DNA of 32,000 nucleotides from Candidatus Saccharimonadota bacterium (GTDB lineage Bacteria > Bacteroidota > Bacteroidia > Cytophagales > Amoebophilaceae). A program made the translations under genes and the position numbers. How positions within the stretch are numbered: the first letter of the stretch is position 1; the number at the start of each line of letters is the position of its first letter. The stretch lies in assembly GCF_964030745.1 (NCBI RefSeq), contig NZ_OZ034918.1:510001-542000 (forward strand), written 5' to 3'. Of the stretch, positions 25,730 through 32,000 are shown in pieces. Under the pieces are notes generated by a model. It was not told the DNA's origin. It saw nothing but the letters and a program-made list of their open reading frames with translations, and searched no databases.

Positions 25730-27451
25730 ATGTTTAAACGGATTCCTACCTTTTCGCAGCTGTTTCATTACAGCTATCTATTACTTATTTCTATATTTTC
25801 CTGCGTTGCAGTACAGGAGCCAGAAGGCGGTCCTCCTGATGAGACACCACCTAAGCTCGTTCGCTCGGTTCCAGAAAACAGTGCATTAAACTTTAAGGGT
25901 AAAACCATTCGGTTGACATTCAATAAAGATATTGCTTTTTCAAATAACAACTTGGTGATCATGCCCAAATTGGATCAACCAAAAGGCAAACAACCCTACA
26001 GCTATACTGTAAATGGAAAAACGCTACAACTTAAGCTACATGTTCCGCTAAAAGAAGAGACGACCTATGCCATCCATTTTAATAACGCAGTTAAAGATAC
26101 CCATGAAGGCACTAAGGCAACAGGTGCAGCATTAACTTTTAGTACAGGTTCTTTTATAGATCCCATTACCATTAAGGGAACCACAAAAGCATTACTAACC
26201 AATAAGCCAGTAGGCAATGTTAGTGTTTACCTCTATAGTGCAACACGAGACCCTAAAGAATGGCAAGAAAAAGGCACACCCGATTATTATACTACAGCTG
26301 ATCAAGATGGTAATTTTACCATAGGTTGCATACGCTTAGGCAAGTATTACATTCGAGCTACCACTGGGCAAAACAATACCTATAAGATTGATTATGAAAA
26401 GGATAAATATGGGTTTTTTAAGAACCCTATTGATTTAAGCGATTCCCGAGAAGATGTTGTACTCCCGCTTGTGGCAGCTGACGTACGTGATTTAAAATTA
26501 TTACGCGGCACACCCCAAAAAGGTTTTTTTGAAATCATCTTTAACAAAGCGATAACCAATTACCAACTGATACCACTGCAAACGGTAGGGATAAAGGGCA
26601 AGCCACAGCTCTATAGTTGCGCTTTAGAACAATCACCTAACGTAGTCACTATTTACAATACTTTTGGCCTTCTCGAGGGAGATACCTTTAAGATTCAGTT
26701 AAAAGCCCAGGATGCTTTACATAGGCCATTAGAAGAAAATATATCTATTAGCTTCAAAGAAGGAAAAGCAGAAACTGCCAAAACAAGCCTAAGCTATAGG
26801 CTAGCATCACGTCCCCTACCTTCGATAGTGGCTGATTTTTCAGAATCGATCTCATTTAACAAGCCCATTAAAACATTTAACGAAGCGTTAATCTATTTTG
26901 AGTGTAAAAACCAACAGAAAATTGCTCTAAAAGAAGACGAATGGTCCTGGAACGGAGATCGAACCAAACTGACCATACGCAAACATTTCATGCCAGAAGA
27001 GATTAGCCAGTTTCTTCTAAAAGAGCAAGAAAGAGACGATAAAAGTAAAATTATAGATCAGATGGTTACCTTACAAATAGAACCGGGTGCTTGTACTGCC
27101 TTTGATCAATCGACCCATAAAAAGATCAGCCAAACTTATTTACTTAGAAAAAAAGAAGCAACGGGGACCATTTCAGGAAGCATAACAACCACAACGCCCT
27201 ATTTCATTATTGAGCTACTGAATCAAAAAGATGTATGCGTAGATGCTATTCGGAATAAAAAAAGTTATCAATTCAAAATGGTTCCACCTGGCTCCTATAG
27301 AATGCGCATATTGGTGCTCAATGAAGGGGAAGAGGAGTGGTCACCTGGAGATATACTTAAAAACATTGAGCCCAACCCAGTAATCTTTTACGAAAAAGAA
27401 ATCAATATGGTAGAAAACTGGGATGTAACCGGTATCGACTTTAAATTTTAA
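25730..27451 (+). CDS. Ig-like (Big_5/SbsA-type) domain lipoprotein with carboxypeptidase-regulatory-like domain
   Basis: The ATG at 25730 gives MFKRIPTFSQLFHYSYLLLISIFSC, a lipoprotein signal with Cys. It is followed by DETPPKLVRSVPENSALNFKGKTIRLTFNKDI (Big_5-like) and DQDGNFTIGCIRLGKYYIRA (CarboxypepD_reg-like). The upstream part of the tracked ORF overlaps the tRNA. Confidence 0.65.
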   Translation: MFKRIPTFSQLFHYSYLLLISIFSCVAVQEPEGGPPDETPPKLVRSVPENSALNFKGKTIRLTFNKDIAFSNNNLVIMPKLDQPKGKQPYSYTVNGKTLQLKLHVPLKEETTYAIHFNNAVKDTHEGTKATGAALTFSTGSFIDPITIKGTTKALLTNKPVGNVSVYLYSATRDPKEWQEKGTPDYYTTADQDGNFTIGCIRLGKYYIRATTGQNNTYKIDYEKDKYGFFKNPIDLSDSREDVVLPLVAADVRDLKLLRGTPQKGFFEIIFNKAITNYQLIPLQTVGIKGKPQLYSCALEQSPNVVTIYNTFGLLEGDTFKIQLKAQDALHRPLEENISISFKEGKAETAKTSLSYRLASRPLPSIVADFSESISFNKPIKTFNEALIYFECKNQQKIALKEDEWSWNGDRTKLTIRKHFMPEEISQFLLKEQERDDKSKIIDQMVTLQIEPGACTAFDQSTHKKISQTYLLRKKEATGTISGSITTTTPYFIIELLNQKDVCVDAIRNKKSYQFKMVPPGSYRMRILVLNEGEEEWSPGDILKNIEPNPVIFYEKEINMVENWDVTGIDFKF

Positions 27452-27468
27452 GAGGATAATTAGTTTAG

Positions 27469-27918
27469 ATGATTGATATCTATACAGATGGTGCTGCTAG
27501 AGGCAATCCAGGTCCGGGTGGGTATGGGATTATTTTAAAGCACAATGGTCATACCAAAGAATTATCCCAAGGCTATAGAAGAACAACCAATAATCGAATG
27601 GAGCTATTGGCTGTTATCATAGGCTTAGAAGCCCTAAAACAAGGGGGACAAAAAGTTACGATCTACTCTGATTCAAGGTATGTAATCAATGCAGTAGAAA
27701 AAGGATGGCTTAAAAACTGGATTAAAATAGATTTTAAGCATAAGAAAAACCCCGATCTCTGGAAACGTTTTTGGGTAGTTTATCAAAAACATCTGGTTCA
27801 CTTTTGTTGGATAAAGGGCCATGCTGGCCACTACGAGAATGAACGTTGCGACCAACTAGCTGTAGCCAGTAGCCATACCAATCTGCTGGTAGATACCTAT
27901 TACGAAAAACAGCTTTAG
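27469..27918 (+). CDS. rnhA: ribonuclease HI
   Basis: 149 aa. IYTDGAARGNPGPGGYG, NNRMEL, YSDSRYV and KGHAGHYENERCDQLA cover the DEDD catalytic positions. Confidence 0.93.
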   Translation: MIDIYTDGAARGNPGPGGYGIILKHNGHTKELSQGYRRTTNNRMELLAVIIGLEALKQGGQKVTIYSDSRYVINAVEKGWLKNWIKIDFKHKKNPDLWKRFWVVYQKHLVHFCWIKGHAGHYENERCDQLAVASSHTNLLVDTYYEKQL

Positions 27919-27948
27919 ATCCAAAAAGTGCCAGATATTGGTTTCCGA

Positions 27949-29364
27949 TTAAGCCTTGCCTACATTCGATCTAACGTGACAACTATTGTTATTTTTATTC
28001 TGGTTCAATAAATTGTTAACGTCATCAATAAGCTCCTTAACCTTGCTATTGACCTGATCAAAACCAGTTTCATTTCCTTGAATAAAATTAGCAAGATATA
28101 CCTGAGTGATAACTAACTGAACATCTTCTCTTCCTATTACTTCTACAAGTTCTTCTTTCTTCAAATGATTTCTAGCAAAATAAAATGATACGATGTTACT
28201 AAAGGTAGATATTAAATCGATTATGCCTAAACTATAAGCAATATTATAAAACATTGTAAGACTACCAATGACATTGTCTTTAAGGCTAGAATCATCGCTA
28301 TATTCAATCTCATTAATTAATTCACTAAGATTAGCATACATATCTTGAATAGGTTTCAAACTAGATTTAATTAGCTTATTAATGATTTTTATAAAGCTAT
28401 AACGATTCTCATATGGACCATATTCTATAATGTTTTTCGATTCAGTACGGAAACACTTTACAAGCGCTTGACTATACTCTGCGCTGTACATACGCTTAAC
28501 AGTGTTACACACTGTTTGATATCGTTCTTTAGCTTCCTTGGTACGAATTTTTCCTTGCACAACACTAGTATTAAGCGCATGAAATATGAACAGTTCAACT
28601 ATTTTACCCCAATAGGATAAAAGATCCAGATATAAGAAATCTGAAACTCCATATAAAAATACCTCAGCAGTGTCCTTGTAAGAAGAAACATAATTGTAGC
28701 CTTGTTGCTTGTTCGTGCAGTTACAAAAGTGATCCGGGACATTTTTGTCTTTAGCAGTACTAATCTGAGTTTGACTTATTTTATCAATTGCAAATTGTAC
28801 AAGACTATTAACGGTGTTAGTGAAATTTTCTGGTTTCATACATGAATCATCACACAGATCTTTTAAGCGCTTAGAAGCCGCTTCGTTCCAAAACTTTAAA
28901 TAACACAACGCATAGAACGTATGCGAGAAAGTTTCAAGATTTTTAAGCTTTGGGGAAGTTTCAAAATTTTTAAGCGTTATCCTATTGTCTTGAGAAACTC
29001 TAGTATAATCAATAGCATTCATTTCATTATACTGCATAAGAGAATAGCACTTTTGACCACCCCTATCCTGCTGTTTGGAGTGAAATGCCCCATCGGTTCT
29101 AGCAATGCTATTAAGCGTATAGTCACCTCTATGCGTATCAATGTATGCACAACATTGTTTAAAGGTTTCAAGTAAGGTATTTACCTTTTTCAGTACATCA
29201 CTAAATTCATATGGCTTCGAAGTAGAAGCCTGGGCAACTACACTTTGTTCTTCTAAAGGTGGGGTATCCATCCTATTATTTTTCGAATGGTAGCTGCATC
29301 CAACTAATAATGCCATTAAATTAGCGGACACAATAGAACAATAGTACCTGCCTGTTTTTCTCAT
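27949..29364 (-). CDS. orphan Cys-rich predicted lipoprotein, function unknown
   Basis: 471-aa ORF. Lipobox-like N-terminus (ANLMALLVGCSY). Rich in N, K, S and Y with many Cys, and predicted mostly helical. No family recognised. Flanked by an AT-rich 160-nt upstream region. Confidence 0.6.
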   Translation of the reverse strand: MRKTGRYYCSIVSANLMALLVGCSYHSKNNRMDTPPLEEQSVVAQASTSKPYEFSDVLKKVNTLLETFKQCCAYIDTHRGDYTLNSIARTDGAFHSKQQDRGGQKCYSLMQYNEMNAIDYTRVSQDNRITLKNFETSPKLKNLETFSHTFYALCYLKFWNEAASKRLKDLCDDSCMKPENFTNTVNSLVQFAIDKISQTQISTAKDKNVPDHFCNCTNKQQGYNYVSSYKDTAEVFLYGVSDFLYLDLLSYWGKIVELFIFHALNTSVVQGKIRTKEAKERYQTVCNTVKRMYSAEYSQALVKCFRTESKNIIEYGPYENRYSFIKIINKLIKSSLKPIQDMYANLSELINEIEYSDDSSLKDNVIGSLTMFYNIAYSLGIIDLISTFSNIVSFYFARNHLKKEELVEVIGREDVQLVITQVYLANFIQGNETGFDQVNSKVKELIDDVNNLLNQNKNNNSCHVRSNVGKA

Positions 29365-29524
29365 ATGTTTAAAACAAAAATTAAATAATATTTAGTAAGA
29401 TTGCTTACTTATATAAGTAATTTCATATTATAAAATTTTTGTTATAAAACAAATATTGAAAAAGCATAAAAGGAATTTATATGCTGCTATTTTATCGAAA
29501 CTTTTTAGAGGAACGTGATTTTTA

Positions 29525-30994
29525 TTACTTTGCTTTTGTATCACATAAGGCTTCCTGAACAATTTTTTCTTCACAAAAATAGTGTCGGGTGCCTTTGATT
29601 TCTTCGTAATATTGATGGCCCTTTCCTGCTATTAAGATAAGGTCGGGTGCATGAGCGATGCAACAAGCTGTTTTAATAGCCATAGCCCTATCTATGATAT
29701 GGAGTACCTTTGGTAAGGCTGCTTCAGGGACGCCTTGTTGCATGGCATCAATAATTTCCTTTGGGTCTTCCTCTCTTGGATTATCACTGGTAAATATAGC
29801 TATATCACTATTTTGCGATAGGATTTTTCCAATCATAGCCCGTTTTTGTGGATCACGGTTGCCACCACAGCCCATAATGGTAATGAGTCTACCGCCAGTA
29901 GGAAACATAGAACGTAGTGTAGCGATTACCTTTTGAATGGCATCTGGCGTATGGGCGTAATCTATGATAACCTGCTGTGGTTTGCCATGAGGGACCCTAT
30001 TCATTCTTCCTAGAATAGGAGGAATAGCTGAAAGGGCTACCAAGCTTTCTTGGCTATTCAATCCTAATAACTGTGCTGCGCCATAAGCAGCCAATAGGTT
30101 GCTGGCATTGAAGGCACCAATAAGCTGGAACCAAACCGATTGATGCGCTATGTCTAGTTCTAATCCATGCAATGTATTGGTCACTATTCTTGCTCTAAAA
30201 TCAGCAGCGTCCCGAAGTGAAAAAGTAAACTTTTTAGCCTTGCAGTTCTGAAGCAGAATGGAACTATTTTTATCTTCCTGATTCACAAGGGCAAAAGCTG
30301 TAGCAGGCAAGCGATCAAAGAGCTTTTTTTTAGCCTGAATATAATGTGCAAAGTCAAGATGGTAGTCTAAGTGTTCATGGGTAATATTGGTAAATATAGC
30401 ACCTGTAAAATGTATACCTGCCAATCTTTCTTGCACGATAGCATGGGAACTGGCTTCCATAAAACAATACCTACAACCTGCTGCTACCATACGGTGTAAA
30501 AGTGACTGGACTTGCAATGGATCTGGAGTGGTATGGCTGGCCGAGTAGGTTTCATCTAAAACTTTATTGTACATCGTGGAAAACATACCAGCTTTATAGC
30601 CCATTTTCATTACCATATTATACAGTAGGTGTACAACAGTAGTTTTGCCATTTGTACCAGTAACTGCTACTACTTTTAGTTTTTTGCTAGGTTGGTCATA
30701 AAAATTGGAAGCCATCATACCCAGTGTGTTAGGTGTGGATACAACCACTACATAGGTGACAGTTTCTTGTATCGACTCAGGCAAACGTTCACATACAACA
30801 ACGCTACTACCTGCTGCGGTAGCCATTGATATATAGTGATGGCCATCTACTTGGCTACCATTGATTGCAACAAAACAAGAATGGGCTACCGCTTTACGGC
30901 TGTCAAAACACAGGGTTTGTATAGGTAGATCGACCAGACCCACTATTTTTTGTACAGGTATATCTACCAGCAATTGTTGAAGGTTTTTCATCAT
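29525..30994 (-). CDS. murE: UDP-N-acetylmuramoyl-L-alanyl-D-glutamate--2,6-diaminopimelate ligase
   Basis: 489 aa. VTGTNGKTT P-loop, the DNPR motif (TSDNPREEDP) characteristic of meso-DAP-adding MurE, and the Mur ligase C-terminal domain. Confidence 0.96.
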   Translation of the reverse strand: MMKNLQQLLVDIPVQKIVGLVDLPIQTLCFDSRKAVAHSCFVAINGSQVDGHHYISMATAAGSSVVVCERLPESIQETVTYVVVVSTPNTLGMMASNFYDQPSKKLKVVAVTGTNGKTTVVHLLYNMVMKMGYKAGMFSTMYNKVLDETYSASHTTPDPLQVQSLLHRMVAAGCRYCFMEASSHAIVQERLAGIHFTGAIFTNITHEHLDYHLDFAHYIQAKKKLFDRLPATAFALVNQEDKNSSILLQNCKAKKFTFSLRDAADFRARIVTNTLHGLELDIAHQSVWFQLIGAFNASNLLAAYGAAQLLGLNSQESLVALSAIPPILGRMNRVPHGKPQQVIIDYAHTPDAIQKVIATLRSMFPTGGRLITIMGCGGNRDPQKRAMIGKILSQNSDIAIFTSDNPREEDPKEIIDAMQQGVPEAALPKVLHIIDRAMAIKTACCIAHAPDLILIAGKGHQYYEEIKGTRHYFCEEKIVQEALCDTKAK

Positions 30995-32000
30995 TATTTT
31001 AATAGGATAATAATTTGGTTAGCAGCTACTTTAGATTGTTTGCATACCACACCATGTATGTTTCCTTCTATGGTAACTTTTAGGCCATTATTTTCTAATA
31101 AAAAGAGGGCATCACGTAATTTCATATGCAATACATTAGGTACTTCCTTTGGAGTTTGGGGTGTAGATGGTTGAAAGCTACTTTCTTGAGCATTGACCTC
31201 CAGCCGTCCCCAACTTGCCCCTGCATGAATATTTTCAGGTATAGGAAATCCAAGGGATTGATACAAAAAGCTTAATTCATTGGTATGGCCCATATTAGAA
31301 AGCAGGGTTGCATGAACCCCTACTTTAGACCTATTTAGAAACTCGATTGCTAATGGCAATTTTGGTGTCGAATCTGGTCTATGCTCCTCAAATACACCCA
31401 AGTATCTTGCGGCGCTCGACTGAGCTTCTCCTAAAAACTGCTCACCACAAATAGATTTTGCAAAAGAGCTATTAATGGGTTTTCTTGCATGTAAATCTTT
31501 TCCAGCTATTCTATCCACAATATCTTTAAATATAGGCGCAGGCACCTCTGAACCAAACCGAAAGCTTGCTCCTTGTGGGCTGTCTACCACAATGATGCAA
31601 CTATAGCGAGGATGATCAGCTGGAAAATAGCCAGCAAACGAAGTGAGGTGATTATCTGTATACTTTCCACTGACCAATTTTTGAGCAGTACCTGTTTTAC
31701 CAGCTATTTTATAAAATCCATGCTTAATGCGTTGTGCCAACCCCTTTTCTACTGTACCTTCCAGCATCGCTTTGAGTTTAGATAAAGTTTCATTTGAGCA
31801 GATCTTTTCTTTTAAAATAGTAGTCGGAAAATTTTTAACCACGCCATTAGCTGACTGTATATGCTGCACAAACATAGGTTTCACCATTGTACCATTATTG
31901 GCCACAGCATTATACAGCACCAACATCTGAAGGGGGGTGATCTGTAAGTTGTAGCCAATAGAAAGCCATGGGAGTGCTACACCACTCCACATTTTGCTAT
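30994..32000 (-). CDS. ftsI: penicillin-binding protein (FtsI/PBP3-like transpeptidase), 3' part only, with C-terminal PASTA-like extension
   Basis: The frame is open to the window edge. GYNLQITPLQ and the KTG motif (IAGKTGTAQ) are present, with a C-terminal PNVLHMKLRDALFLLENNGLKVTIEG (PASTA-like). The stop overlaps the murE start (TAATG). Confidence 0.9.
   Translation of the reverse strand, partial: SKMWSGVALPWLSIGYNLQITPLQMLVLYNAVANNGTMVKPMFVQHIQSANGVVKNFPTTILKEKICSNETLSKLKAMLEGTVEKGLAQRIKHGFYKIAGKTGTAQKLVSGKYTDNHLTSFAGYFPADHPRYSCIIVVDSPQGASFRFGSEVPAPIFKDIVDRIAGKDLHARKPINSSFAKSICGEQFLGEAQSSAARYLGVFEEHRPDSTPKLPLAIEFLNRSKVGVHATLLSNMGHTNELSFLYQSLGFPIPENIHAGASWGRLEVNAQESSFQPSTPQTPKEVPNVLHMKLRDALFLLENNGLKVTIEGNIHGVVCKQSKVAANQIIILLK

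Noticed and set aside
29494-29510. 11-mer ttttatcgaaa shared with the palindromic-element arm at 18124
   Set aside because: It is a single short AT-rich match without flanking similarity and could be chance. It is noted only as a possible far-diverged repeat fragment.
1-32000. Search by eye for CRISPR arrays, toxin-antitoxin pairs, restriction-modification, retrons or reverse transcriptases, phage or secretion-system genes, rRNA and other ncRNA
   Set aside because: No regularly spaced direct repeats and no ORFs with motifs of these systems were seen. The only mobile DNA recognised is the single IS5-family copy and the short repeat family. Small ncRNAs cannot be excluded without covariance-model searches.

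Overview
AT-rich bacterial chromosomal window (about 37-38% GC by eye). The gene content looks like Bacteroidota: a WGFFAH-type zinc-phospholipase-C family protein, a short-lid Adk next to Obg, a Big_5/Ig-like lipoprotein, a Wzx-like flippase and few Shine-Dalgarno sites. The IS copy and dispersed intergenic repeats suggest an Amoebophilus/Cardinium-type intracellular symbiont, but this is an impression and no search was possible. Most genes are compact housekeeping genes: typA, radC, rpsT, obg, adk, mreB, lpxH, glyQS, tRNA-Ala(GGC), rnhA, murE and the 3' part of ftsI. Envelope genes include two putative outer-membrane proteins, a SIMPL protein, CvpA, a PAP2 phosphatase and a Zn-PLC-like protein. 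The most unusual locus is 10.6-16.6 kb. It holds a stand-alone, degenerate sodium/solute-symporter (SSS) paralogue, a beta-carbonic anhydrase, and a 1197-aa fusion protein. The fusion runs SSS domain, extra multi-TM block, histidine-kinase-like core with degenerate ATP-binding boxes, then a SpoT/Rel-type HD domain in which the catalytic signatures are all substituted. Next to it, one IS5-family element with recognisable inverted repeats and a candidate target duplication sits inside a ~200-bp palindromic intergenic repeat. Related ~186-bp structured repeats occur at 3.8 kb and 18.3 kb. No CRISPR array, prophage, toxin-antitoxin or recognisable defence system was seen. All family calls rest on motif recognition by eye and memory, not on searches.
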